From positions 60,636,001 to 60,700,000 of the forward strand of contig CM052824.1 of NCBI GenBank assembly GCA_028534125.1: a stretch of DNA of 64,000 bases. Direction: 5' to 3'. The notes under the pieces are model-generated. The model ran no database searches and was not told the DNA's origin. It was given only the letters and a program-made list of their open reading frames with translations. Positions 1-13,483 of the stretch are shown here, piece after piece (position 1 is the stretch's first letter; every line of letters begins with the position of its first letter). The translations under genes and the position numbers were made by a program. The stretch comes from Lama glama. Taxonomy: Eukaryota.

Positions 1-1482
1 GGGCGACACCTCTTACTTCTCGCTCATCAGCAAGCAAAGGGCCCCCGTTCAGTGAGCCATCTACACAGTGACCAGAATTAGCGTAAGCCCATCTCCAAAG
101 GTCTGCACATCACCTGAGACCCTCCGCGGTAACAAGGCACAGCAAAGGAGTCAAAGGACAGGGCGTGGGAAACGCAGGACCCAGCGCCTGCAAGGTGTCC
201 TGCCTCTGCCCATCGGTAAGGTCTCCACCCCAGGTCGGGTGACACCTCTGCAGCCACGCCCCCGCCACCTCCTCCTCCAGCAACCGAGCGACCTGGAGAA
301 ATGCATTCCTCTTAAATTATGGTTGGTGACAACTGGTTCGAAGGACACCATCAACCGGGCGTCAGGACCCGACGTCTGCACGGGGCCAGGTGAGCAGCAC
401 AGGTGCCTCCTCCATCAGCTCCTGGAAGGCGGTCTGCCTCTCCCGGGAAGCAGCTTCACTTCTGGACACACAGGCTCCACAGATCAGCCCAGGGGCCGCG
501 TCCCAGTCTCATGGGTATGAGCACACACCCTCCAGGTGAGCAGGGGCCCCCATGTGACGCTCACATAGAGCTGCGTTTGGCCCTCCCGATGCACGTGCTC
601 TGCTGCGTCACACACCTGCCTGCACCCCTCCCTTACCCTCTTCTGTATCTTTTCCATCACCCCCTCCCACACCCTCTGTCACCAGGTCGCAGCTAGCGAG
701 GAGGGGAGCCTCCCAAGGGCACACGGAGAGCCGCGCTGCCGGCCGGGGAGAGCAGCCAGTCTCAGATCTGAGCTGGAGGCAGCTGCTCACCCACACGGCG
801 CCTGTACCACTCTGCCGGCGCGTGCACGGTCAGGCGACAGGGACAGCTGTGTACTAAGGGCACAGGCCGGCTGTGCTCACCCAACACCCAAGGAGCTTCT
901 AATTTCAGGGAAGGTTTCTGGGAAGTGCGGGGTGGACGGGGGAGAGGGACAGCCGCTGTGTCCTGTCCAGGAGGCACAGCCTGGGGGTAAGATCTCGGGC
1001 CAAGTCGCAGCACCAACCTCCTCCAGGAAGCCGTAAATGACAGCGCGCCCCTGGAGGCCAGCATGGTGGAAGCGGCAGGAGCACCCATACGCCCAGTTCT
1101 TAAACAGGAGATAGTGGCCCCAGCCAGGCCCCCGAGGGCCGCGAGCGAGGTGGCTGAGCTCAGTCCGACGCGTGGCTGCAGGGGCTGCTGTTGGAGCAGC
1201 ACCGCCACGGCTACGTGAGCTTCATTTCCGCGCGGTGGAGAACACAAGGCAAAACTCGGCTCTGGCTCCCACATGTCCCGCCTGCGCCACGACCTGGGGA
1301 CGCCCCGTCACATGTCCCGAAGGGGAAGGCTGTCAGCGCAGCTCCCTACAACCAGCTGCTCCCTCACACCGACCATCTCGGAGAAAACCGGGCTGCCCAC
1401 GGTAGTTAAGGTTCGGGTGGTGAAGGCACCAGGAAGGGTCCTGCGGCCCGAGCCCCCGCCCCACCAACGCCTGGACGACACC

Positions 1483-2660
1483 AAAGCACAAGAAACAAAA
1501 GATGAAACAGGAAAGGGGGGTTCGTCAAAATCAAAACTTCTGTGCTTCAAAGGACGCCACCAAGAAAGTGAAAAAAACAGCCCACAGAATGGAAGAAAAA
1601 AGTTGCAAATCATGTCTGATAAGGGACCTGTATCCAGATAAAGAGCTGCCAAGCTGACAAAAAACCACCAACAAGGCAAAGGACTTGAACGGGCACTTCT
1701 CCGAAGACACACCCACGGCCAACAGGCACAAGACGACGCCCCCATCACTGACCGCCGGGGAAACGCACGTCACATCCGACTATACCCCACGGCGGCTACG
1801 AGCAGAAACCAGCAAGCAAGTGCTGGTGAGGACGGAGGGGAACTGGGAGCCATCGTGCCGCTGGTGGGAAGGTAACGGGGGCAACTGCCAGGGAAGCAGC
1901 CTGACGCTTCCTCAAAAAGTCAAACGCAGAGCTACCACGTGATCCAGCAATCCCAGGCCTCCGTGAACACTGGAAGGGATTGAGAAGAGGGACCCCCAGG
2001 CCTTGCCCTGTAACTTTCCAAGCTGTCACAACTGCAGGAACCCAGGCCGAGGAGCCAGGAGCACCCGATACCCCTTACACCTGCGCGTTGAGTCCACAAC
2101 TACCTCAGTGAAGAGCACAGTTCACAGAGCACGGCGAGGAGCCCCTCTGCCCCCACGCGACGGCCGTAGCTGTGTCAAGCGGGACACGGAGTGCTGCTGA
2201 GGATGTGGAGAGCCTGGAACCTGCCGCACCACTGGTGGAGGGCACGGCGTCACAGCAGCACTAACGTAACAGCCACAACATGGAAACGACCCAAATGTCC
2301 ATCAGCAGGTGAACGGATACGCAAAATGGGATCCGGGCCATCCACACATTGGAGCATCACTTGGCCTGGACAAGGAGTGAGGTGCTGACACTCCGACACT
2401 GTGGCACCTTGCACACATGGCACTCAGTGGATGGAGCCAGACACAGGCCACCGCGTGGGGTTCCACTGATGTGAAGCATCCAGACAAGCAAATCCATAGA
2501 CAGAAAGTGACCAGTGGGTGCTGGGTGTGGGGGTGCTGGCAGTGTTCTAACATGAGGTTAATGGTGACGGCTGTGCACAGTAAAAACCACTGAGCTGTAT
2601 GTACTCTCTGAAGGGGTGAACGCCATGGTGTGTGATTACATCTCAATAAAGTTGTTATGG
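1483..2660 (+). mobile_element. Old LINE-1 (L1MB-like) ORF2 3' end and 3' UTR fragments
   Basis: L1 hallmarks such as aaaacttctgtgcttcaaaggac, cagcccacagaatgg, gatccagcaatccca, cccaaatgtccatca and terminal atctcaataaagttgtt. Confidence 0.85.
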
Positions 2661-5600
2661 TGCCTATTAAAAAAAGGAAATTAATTGTTGGTTGAAAAAC
2701 CAAAGCACTGAGGTCAGTGGTTCCGACACACATTCCTCCCAGCAAAGGACGAAGCCCCGAGGAGCAGCTCCAGGCGGCCATGGGAGCAGCCACGAGAAAC
2801 ACCAGATGCGTGGCAGAGGTCATGGGAGGTGCAGTTCTCTGCAGAGGGTGGGCAGCCCTCAGGGAGGGGGGACAAGCATGACCTGGAGGCCACTATGTGC
2901 TGGGTGGGGGGCAGGCCCCTGCATCAGGCCTGGGCGGGCAGGCAGCCAGGGTACCTACCGGACGACAATGTGGCCCTAGCCAGGGTCCTGCAGGGGAGGC
3001 TGGGGCAGCTCACACGCAGGGGTTCAGGCCAGAGGGGTGTCCTCAAGATCCCAGAGGCCCAGCCTGGCCCCCATGGGAGCCCGACCCCCAGCTCTCAGAC
3101 CTGGTGCCAATTCACACACTGGGGCAGATGGCACCGCTCAGACAGCAGTTCACACAGCAGCGGACAGGGGGTGCTCTCAGGTCATCGGATGGCATCCACC
3201 TCCCTCCACTGCAGGTACCCACCCCCTGACCCTTGGCACTTGAAGACCCACGTACCCCTAGATGACATGGCCTCCTCCAGGCTGGACGCCCGGGGGCAGC
3301 GTATTCTGGAGAATCGACTCCGGCGTCATCTGTGGTGGCGCCACCATCTCGTGAACCACTCAAGGACCTTACACCCCTGAGAACACGGCTGCGCCCCTCG
3401 GACAGAAGCCTCGGAAAAGCGGTAAGAGACATTCTTGCAAGCCTACAAATAGGCAAAACCGTGTCTGAGTGTTAACGGAGCATTTTTTCAAGTTACAGGT
3501 GTCCTATGAAAACCACGTTCAGGACTCTTGGCACAGTGCCATCTATTTCTAATTTACAGGCTACAACAAAAATACAACTTTTTTCAACGGGCAGATTTTA
3601 GCACGGAATTCCACTCCTAAGTGATATTCCCCAGTTAGAAATTCGCTGCACACTCAGAGCTGAGGCAGGAATAAGCGTTTACATTACCCACGGATTCCAG
3701 GTGAGGAGTAACACAACACACTTGGAAGCGTCACTGAGATTTCCAAGCCCCCAGGGGCAGGGACCAGTGGGGTTTCGTCCCCAGAGCAAGGACAGGTGAG
3801 TGTAATGACCACAGCCCAGCGGGCTCGAGGCGGGGGCTCCAGGAAGAGCACGGGGAAGCCAGCAGCCAGGCCAGGGGGGCCGGGGGTCTCCCCATGACAC
3901 CGGGTTGTCGTTTTGTAATTCTTCTGTCATTTTGCAGGTCAGCAGAAAAAAAGCCCGAACCACAAATAAAGAGATGGCAAGTTCATGAGGGACAGCGTCC
4001 TACCCAGGGGGGCTGTCACAACAGCCAACCCCAAGAAGCTGCCAGGCCACGACCGGGGAGCGGGCGCGGCAGCATCCTCCGCAGCTCTCGACCCCGGGGA
4101 CGGCCCAGCAGCCCCTCACGTGGGGCCGAGCTCAGGAGGAAACGCCCTGGCCGCAGGCCCAGAGGAGGGGCAGAGTGAAAACCCCGGCACAAGACAGTCC
4201 CGCCGCGCCCCCGTGGGCCCGTGCGGCCAGGGCCAGTGCGAGCACACGTCCTCACCCCGTCAGGACGCAGGGAGGGCCCCCGACAACGGGTAACCGCAGA
4301 CCGGCATGGACCCCAGAGATGGACAGGTGGGTGGGGGTCACCACGCAGACGCCCACAGACCCTACACACGAGGGGTGGGGGCCCCTAGAGTAGGACCCCC
4401 AGAACAGGTCCAGCACAAGAGAAGCAAATGCAGAAGGAACCCATGTGTGTGGACGGGCCAGGGGCGCGGACCCCGCCAGCTCCCGGGCACGTCACCCCAC
4501 CCAGAAATGCCCACGTTGCCGGGACCTCCTGCCACGGGGCAAGCTGGGTGCTGAGAGGGCCAGAGCAGCACCCTGGGGGGTGGGATGTGGGGGCCAGCCC
4601 TGCCGGGCCCAGAGCTCACTGGTCAGATGCTGCGGGCCCCCCACCCCGAGGCCTGCAGAGAAAAGCAGCCCCTCCCCCAGCGAGGGCAGGGCCTCCGGGG
4701 CCACAGCCCCTAAACCCGTGCTCCGCGGCAGGGCCCGCGAGAGCCCCCGCCGCCCCCCAGGCCAACCCTGCGGCCCAGGCTCAGCACCGGCGCCTGAGCC
4801 GGCCCAGGGCCTGCGCTGGGGCCCCGGTCTGGGCGCTGCAGGGCTGTTTCTGTAAGCGCCATTACTGCTGTCTGCGTGATGGTACATGCTGCATGTTATG
4901 CTTGAGTTGACCTATTTTCTGTTTATCGTGGAACAGAGGAAGCAGGTTAAATCTGCAAGACTACCCCAAACCCCAAAATGAAGCGAAAATAGCAATTTTA
5001 AAGATTCGCTCTGATTTTTTTTTAATTTAAGTAGGTCATCGTTTCTGTTACTTCCACACTGTCGATAAGAGTAAGTCAAGACTTTCCTAAGGAAACAACC
5101 CTTGCAGGACGCTCGGTGCCATTTGGCACGTCTCCTCCCCAAGGAGTCGGGACACCACACAGGACAGACCCTCCGGGCTCCAGGTGCCAGAAGGAAGCTC
5201 CCGGGGTCAGGTGTGCCACCAAGTTCCCAAGCCCACCTGGAAATGCCCACCAGCCCATGTCTGTCAAAACACAAAGAAACCCACGCACGTGGAGAGAGAT
5301 GCTGGGGAAGGAAGGGGTGGGCGGCCATCCCTCCTGCAGAGACTTCAGGAAACGAGGGGAGAGGGGGCTCACCCCACGGGGGCAGGGCGTCTGGGAAGCA
5401 GTTTCCAAGAAGGGGCGTGAGGCGCGACCCCGTGGCTGTGGTGCGCCTAGTCCCCACTGTGCCATGGGCCTGTGGCCACCAAGGCCTCCCACACCCGTAG
5501 CCCCACACCCCTGCAAAACCTGTTACAATTAGGAAGTGAGTGGGAAGTCCCCCGACGGACCAGGCAGGGTGGAACAGAATCTTTCTTTTCCTTTGCAGTC

Positions 5601-8600
5601 ACTGGAAAGAAACCGTTAAAAATATTCTTCAAAAAAACCCAAAAAAACCAGAACCCCAAGAACAATTAAGCTGTTTTGCAAATCCATGGGCTTTGTTCTG
5701 GGGCTTATTTCAATTCTACAACAATGTTCTTATTTCTTGAGGGGTGGGGAGCAAACGGGGCTTCTCCCAGCACCCTGACTGGCCAGGAGAGGTGGCCACG
5801 GGCACGTGGCCCGGGCTCAGCAGAGGTGGCAGGGACACACGCCACTCCATCCAGAACGAGGAAGCGCGGTGGCACAGGACGCTGCGGCCGCCCTTCCTGG
5901 AAGGCTGACTCAGAGCCGCCTTCACGCGGAGAGTGTTCCATGTGGCGGCGGGTGGGGGGGCCCCACGCCACCGGCCCACGGCCCTCACCCTCACCTGTGA
6001 AGGCCGCTCAGGAGGATCAGCCCCCCACCTCCAACAAGCCTCTGCCCAGGAGCCACCAGGACACGTGCGTGTGGTCTGCAGACAGGTCCCTGCGGGAGCA
6101 GCTGGCACTGGGGGAGGGCAGGCCCAGCGTTCCACAGGGGACAGTCCAGGGGACGCCAGCAGCTGTGCTGGGATGCTGGCTGCGCTGGGCCGGGCCTCTC
6201 CCCCCAGCACTCGGAGCAGCGGCCCTGAGTTTCTGCTCACCTCATGCAGCCACAGACACACCAGACACACAAAACACCAGGTGCCGCCATGCGCCCACAC
6301 AGTGGTCTCGGCTCCCCTCTCCTGACCACGCCCCACCTGCCCTTCCCCCATCGGGGCAGCAGGGGCAAGCCCCCAGTCCCCTGCTCTCCTCACCACACCC
6401 GTGGCCCTACAGGCCCCACACGGTCACCTGCCCTAACCTGCCCCCTCCTCCAAGCTGCACGCCTCCTAGGTGGGGCCCCAGGCTGCCCTCAGCTGCCTAA
6501 ATCCACAGCACACCCCCACCGCCTTGCAATCCGACCCTGACAAAGACCTCATCCCTGACTCACGGGACACCTGTCAGGCTGAGACCAGGGGCATATGTGG
6601 GTGTGCATATATGTACTCACACGCGGGCACGGAGCATGCAAGCGTGGAGCGTGTGCACGTGTAACAACACACACGTGTGTAGTCTGTCACCTGCACTGGG
6701 TGAACAGCTCAGGGAAGACCGGACAAGGGTGGCCTTGGGGATCAGCGGGGGCACAGTTGAGAGGAGGCCTTTCACAGGCCAGAGCGGGGAGAAGCCTTTC
6801 AGCCCCAGACACAGGCAGGCTGCTGGGGCGGCTCCCGCGGGGCCACAGGACAGGTACCAGCCGAAGAGACCCCGCCCCGCACACATCAGACCACAGCCCT
6901 GCCCCAGACGCGGCCAAGGGCTGGGCCTCAGGGCGCTAGAGATGGGGGCCGCAGAGACCACTGGGACCCAGCGGCCTCCCACCTTGTTCCAGCAAACAGC
7001 CTTCTTGCTCCACAGAACACCAGGTGTGGAGGAGGAGATGTTACTCTCTGTAGAAGAGACCGGCAGGTGGACAGTGGAGCACCTGGGGGCCCAGGTGAGC
7101 AGCCCCAAATTGCACGGAAGGCAGTGGGGGCTGCCGGCATCCCACCCCACAGGACACCGACCGGCGCCATCTCACCCATCCCCCGGCCCCGTGGGAGGAG
7201 CGGCTGCGCCCTGTGGTGAACCACGCGTAACCACCCCGGTCCACGGAGGGCGGGCAGCGGTGAGGAGCCGGGAACCTGATGGCCAGGGTCCTGGGGGAGG
7301 TGACAGAGGTGCTGCCGGCCCGGCACAACGTGGCACCGCCATGTGGGCATGAAACAGACACACGGGGTGGGCTGGCCGGTTTTGCGGGGGAGCTCCAAGC
7401 ACCGAGCACTCCAGGCTGGGAAGAAAGGCCTGTATCCCAGCAGCCATCAGTCCCGAGGGCACTGCCACGGCCCCAACGGGCCAGCCCTGCAAACCTCAGA
7501 GCTGGGCTCATGCGCCTCCCACGGTCAGCTTCCCAACGCACAGACACACACCCTCCAGAGAAGCAGGTGTGCAGGCCCTGCTCGAGGGCAGCAGAGCCCC
7601 TGGGGGAGTGATGGTGCCTCCGGCTCTGCGCATCTGAGGCCCGCGGGAAATGGCAATGCACCCACCCCCCAACCCAAATTTCAACGCTGACCGTGCAGGC
7701 AAGTCACCAGGCAGGACCAGGAGTGGGGGTGTCCCTGCTCCTTCTGAAACAAGCCCGCACCCCACCGGGCCCCAGCCCCCCCGCTCCCCTGGGAGGCCCT
7801 CAGAGGATGGGGCCCACAGCCCACAGCCCACACACCCATCCCACAGAGGGTCCCCCCGCTGCCTGGCTCCAGGCTCTACCTCCTAACATGTCACGTCCGT
7901 GGGGAGCAGACGCTCCCAGCACCCACTGTGAGGCGGGCCCAGAGCTTGCCACCGCTCCTGGGTCGGGGGGGTGGCGGTGCCCGGGACCAGGTTCTCGGAG
8001 GCCAAACTGCCACGTCAAGAGATTTCCATCTCTCTCCATGTAAGGATTTTTCCTGTCCAAGGCCAATGCTTTCTCTGTCTTCAAAATCTGAATAAAAATA
8101 CCCCCAGTGGTATCTACTTGCAGCCGGTGTCCACTCAGGTCAGGGAACGTCCTCCAGGCCCTCCGAGCGGCACCCGCACGGTACGGCAAGGCTCCTAACC
8201 CAGGACATTGGACCCCGGGGCAGGGGAGGGCGGAGAGGCAGTCTGGGCACTCATGCACTGGGCCTCTGCTCCTTTACCTCTCACCCTGAAGGTGAGATGC
8301 GCAGGGCTGGCTTCAGGCATGCATCGTTCACTGGCCTTCATCTCCACTGCGGTCATCCGGGACTCTGATAACCCCACCTTCCATCCAGTGTTACTATGCA
8401 TGTGGAGTCCATCGGGGTGGGTGTGCCCGGAGCCAGGGTGAAGCAAGACCCCAATGCCAGGGCTTCCCTCTGTCAGGGAAAGGGCCATGCGTCCCCCACC
8501 CCACATAGCCCAGAAGGAGCTGGAGACAGAGACCTGGGGGGGAGAGACAGGTGCCAGGCTCCCAGTCCTCACGCGGAAGGCGGTGGGTGTTGGGGAGAGG

Positions 8601-11600
8601 GCCGAGTCAGCTTGCAGCTGCGTCTCCACCATCCGGGTGGCAACAGAGCGCACGTGCACGCGTGGGCACAGAAGAGAGCCGTGCGGTCAGTGACCCAGCA
8701 CCACGCTCAACATGCTCACATCTGCACTGAAAACTGGCACCGCACAGAGAAGGACAGACAGACCCAGGACAGTAATTTACATGTTTAATTTCTCTCCACT
8801 TGAGATGACATTAAGTGTCGACGGGCCCTGCCCCCGTGCGTTGAGGGACCTCAGAGAGAGACCACGGGCAGGCACCACAGGGGCTTGGGCTCTTCCTCCT
8901 GCTTCGGGGGGGGGGGCCTCCTCCGCTCACTCGGTCCTCGGACCCGGGGCCACCCAGCCCAGGGCCTCGCGGCAGAACCTCAGCTCACACCGGACGAGGG
9001 AGCTTGGAAACCACTTTCTAATCTCTCAAGAAAAATCCCTCAAAGGAAGAGTCCGAGAGCAGCGAAGAGCCGGCATGGGGAGGCGGGACATCCCTGGAGA
9101 GACGGCGGCTGGGTCGCACCTCATTGCAAACGCTTCAGGCTGCCCCTGAGCAGAGCTCAGCACACCACGCAGACCCCGCGCCCGGCCGGCGCCCGACAAC
9201 ACCTGAGCAGGTCCAAGCAGAGTGGTAAAGCACACCTCTGGGCTCCCAACTCGAGTCACGGTGGAGGTCACTTCTTACCTCTAAGCACCCAGGACCTAGC
9301 TGGGGGTCCCTGAACTCCCCTGCCCGCAGGGCCACTGACAGAGCCACAGGGCTGCAGGGGGAGCGCGGACCCCGCCTGTCGCTGCCCCCTCCCCAGACAC
9401 TGGTCTCCTGGGGCAGGAGGAAGGGGCTCACACCAGGGAGCTTCCTCAGGGCATCGGGTGGCAGGAGACGCTGGGGTCACTGGAAGGGCTCTTGGCGGGG
9501 CCCAGGCAGTGGACCTGGTGCATGGAGCGAGGGGGAGATGGGGACGCAGCCTCGGCAGTTGCCTTCACAGTGGCCGTCATACCCACACCTGCAAACTGCC
9601 CCGGGAGAAAGGAGGACCAGTGTCCAGAACGAGCAGGAGGACGACCCTGAGCTGCTGTCACATGACAGCCCCAGCCAGACCCTCTCAGCCCAGCTGCGCT
9701 CCCCCTGTAGGGGCGGGCCCCAGGCGGCTGCCCCCACCTCCGCAGCTGCCAGAGGCAGCCCCCCGGGGCCCAGGGGCCCACGTGGAGGAAAGGTGGTGCG
9801 GGCGGCTCAGCCACTGCCTCTGCGGAGACGAGGCCCAGCGGGCAGCTGGGGGACCACGCAGGGCCACTGCCTCCCAGCCAGGAAGCGGCAGGGCGGCCCC
9901 GCCCACGCGGCCAGGTCTGTTTTGCTTCCTCGGCGCCTGCGCCACCCCCCCTCCCCCTCCTGGCAGACATGGGCTGTTTTCTCTCCATAGAAACCGACAC
10001 AACACTCAGCGGCTTGGCCAGCCCGGGACAGGGCAGCCGCGGGGCAGCTCAAAGCTCGAGTGATAGCCGCTTCCACTTCCGGCTGTGGCAATGAGGCCGC
10101 CAAGGGACCAGCAAAGTCATCGCTGGCGTGCCCCTGGCGTATCCCCAGAGCCCAGGCTGGAAGACAGTTCACGGGTCCCCGAAGGTATGACTGGAGACCC
10201 AGAACCGGAGCCCAGAATCCATCAGCCTGTCCCCAGCCCTGACCCTTCGACACCTCCTACCAGCATGCAGAAAGGTAGGGCCCCCAGGGTGAGTCCTCGT
10301 AAAGGGACAACATCACACCACACAGATGGCACCACATCACTTCACGCCTGGACGAGGGTCTCCAGGGGGACCTGGCCCCTCCTGCCCGACACTCATCACT
10401 GCTCAGTGGGGTGGGGAGGGGACATGGGCCCTGGACAGCCCCAGGGAAGTGGCTGTGTGGGCCAGGCTGGGCCCAGGGGGACCCTGAGAGGACCCAGGAC
10501 GTGTGCTACAGGCCTGAGCACGGCCCAGATGGAGACCCACACACCCACTCTTCCGTCTTGGAGACCAAGCGATAGAGGCTCTGGCATCTCAGAGCCACAG
10601 GCGGTGGAGCTCAGTGTCGCAGGGTCACTGACCCCGAGCACGCCCCCCCCCCAGGATAACGATGTGGCCCTCCCCTAGCTGCCCTGAGACCCTACTGCTA
10701 CCCCTAGCAAAGCACCCCAGGACAGCCCCCAACCCAGGACCTGACCCGACCCCACCCCAGCCCTGGCCGGTGCCACCAGCACAATGTCGTCCCCTCACTA
10801 CTACCCGCCCCCCGGGCCCCTCCTCCCGCTGCATGAAGGCAAGGACCACCTCCCTGCACGGGGGTGGAGGGCAGGGCCTCTCACACCAGGCGTGGACCTG
10901 CTCTGCTCACGGTGGTCTGGGTCACAGCAGAGACCCCCCACCCCACTTCGTCTCTGACCCTCACTTACTCGTCAGATGATCAAATTAGGAAGACTGGCGT
11001 CTCCTGTTCTATTTCTAACACCCGCACTACAGTTGTCTTCTCAGCTGTCTCCTCCAATGGGCTCACCTTTTAAAAACGTGCACATGCGAGGGCCAGGCTC
11101 CCGCAGGGACGGCGAGGATGCTCAGCCCCTCCCTTGGCGACAGTGACTGCGACAGTGAAAGGGGCTGCAGTCAGCCCACGCAGGAGCGTGTCACGGGTGG
11201 AAGGGGTATCACCCCGACCACTAAACGTGTCTCCTGAACAACGATGAACACAGATGGCTGGGGAGGAGTGCCCCCACTTCACCTGCTTTTTAAGAGACCC
11301 CACTTTAAGCAGCTAGAAGACAAACAACTCACTTCCCTCAGAGGAGACCGCCGACTCCAGCCTCGACATCCCCTCTCGCGGGGTGTCCACGAGGGGCCAG
11401 AATGAGGGAGAAAGAGCCCTTCTGTCTGCAGCGCTGGGAGGTGCGGGTTTGCCTTGGCGGGGGGACAACTTTCCGCCGCCCGTGCCCCTCCCCAGCCCTG
11501 CACTTGCAGCTGGAGCTGTCCTCGGAGGGAAGGAGGCATTTCCTGCGTCCCCCTCCCCCTAATTTCCCGACATTCTTGGCAGGCCCAGAGAGGAGCAGCA

Positions 11601-13483
11601 AAAACCGAGGATGGGGCCGGGTGCCCCAGGCGCCAGGGCTGGGAAATGGGGGATGGAGGACACGGTGCCCAAAAAGCCTACGGGGCTGAAAGGGGTTCTC
11701 GTCCTGGTCCCCTCCCTCCAGGGTGTCTGCCAATGCCCCTAAAGACCCAGCAGGAAGGGGCCGCAGGCCACTGGGGGCAGGGATGCCCAGAGGCTCGGAG
11801 GAGACCTGGACCAGCGAAGCGCCCACACACCACAGGGTTTCAGGACGGCGGCTACGGGAGGCCCTCCTCCCAGACACGAAAACGACTGTCCAGTCATTGG
11901 ACACTAAGCCCCAACTGTGCCCCACTGGCCCTACCCAGCATCTCAGCTGCCCTAGCTCGACTGGGAGGCCCAGGGTAGCCCCGCTCTGCTACTGATGAAC
12001 CCTGGGGCCACCAAGATACCAGGCCTATGACAATCGCTCCAGAAACACCTGCAGTGTGTGCAGGGCCAAGAGTGACCGGAGCTCCAGGAGGTGGGGTGGC
12101 AGCTCCTCCCTAGGGCTGTAAAAATGCCCTCTCCACCCGAGGACACAAGATCCCAATCTTCCTCTGAAGTCAGCGGGCGACAAGATTTCTACCTGGCTCG
12201 GAACTCAGTCGGGAAATTGACTTACAAGCTCAAGCAGGGAGGGACCCAGCTGGCGTAGCAATGCCCCTGGGGCCAAGTCATAAGAACCTGGGCGGTGTCA
12301 CTCCTTGGGGTCCACATGGCCACACAGCTCTGGGGGTGCAGCAAAGCCTGAAGGGGCATCTGTGGACGCATCCATCTGTCCCATGCAGCCCAGCTACAGC
12401 TGTCATACGACCCGGGTGTCTTGGGGACACCAGGGTTTTCCCTGGGTTCTGGCCTTCCCCAGTCCGAGCTTCCTAGGGGTTAAGGCAATGGCTGCCACAT
12501 GGTGACCATCTCCTGCTCCAGGGTCCGCAGCTCCGGGTGATGGGAACACAGCATTCCCAGGCCACTCTCTGGAGTTCAGCCAGTGCTGGCCGTCCAGCGG
12601 GCGCCTGAGCCCTAGGGAGGCCAGGATGGTCTCTTTCCCTGGCGGGGTGTTAGGGCTGCATCCGGCTGTAACAAGGAAGCCGGACTCAAATCTCGGGGCC
12701 CACCCCCAAGGCCAAGGCTGATCTCGCAGATGCCCTGGGTCTCAGCGGGGCTCCTGCCCACCCCCTGGCAGTAGGCACAGGCAGCAGGTCTGCATGGGAC
12801 CCCAGTGGGCACCTATGAAAAGTCAAAACACCACACCGGTGGCTGACAGCCTGGACCTCTGGGCAGCATGACCGCGCACAGCCCCTGCTGTTCAGCCCTG
12901 GGGCAGCTCTGTCTCTCCTCACCTTGCCAGGGCCATGCTGAGGCCTCTGTCTTCACAACAGGAAGGACAGGCCCCCTACCCCGAGGAGGGTGGTGCGAAG
13001 TGAGGGACTTGAGTGGCCACGCAGGGATTTCTCCCTGGGAGTGGTCTTCAAATCAGGTTTAGGAATCTGCACGTTGCTGGTCTGGCCCCAGGGCCCATCT
13101 CAGCTGCTGGACTGCAGGCCCTGCGGCAAGGACAGAGAAGGCCAGGCCTGAACCTGCACACCCTGCTCAGCTTAGAAGATGCCTTGTAAGGAGCTGAGGC
13201 CAAAGGACTGCGTCCTGTCCTAAGGCTGAAAGCAGGGTGCCAGCCTCTTTGGTGAGTGGGTGAGAAGGCTTCGCCTGAGCAGCCACTTTGGGCCAAGAGG
13301 CATGAAGCAAGAGTGATACAGAGATAGGACAGGACAGGAGCTCCAGGCTGCACTCACCAGCAAATGGAAAGGCCAGTGTGCTCGTTATCTGCACAGGCTG
13401 CGAGCAACCTCAAAGCAGGGGATGTCTTCAAGGACGGACATGCACCAAAATTCTAAGCTTAGAAAGTTTAAAATAGTCTTTCT

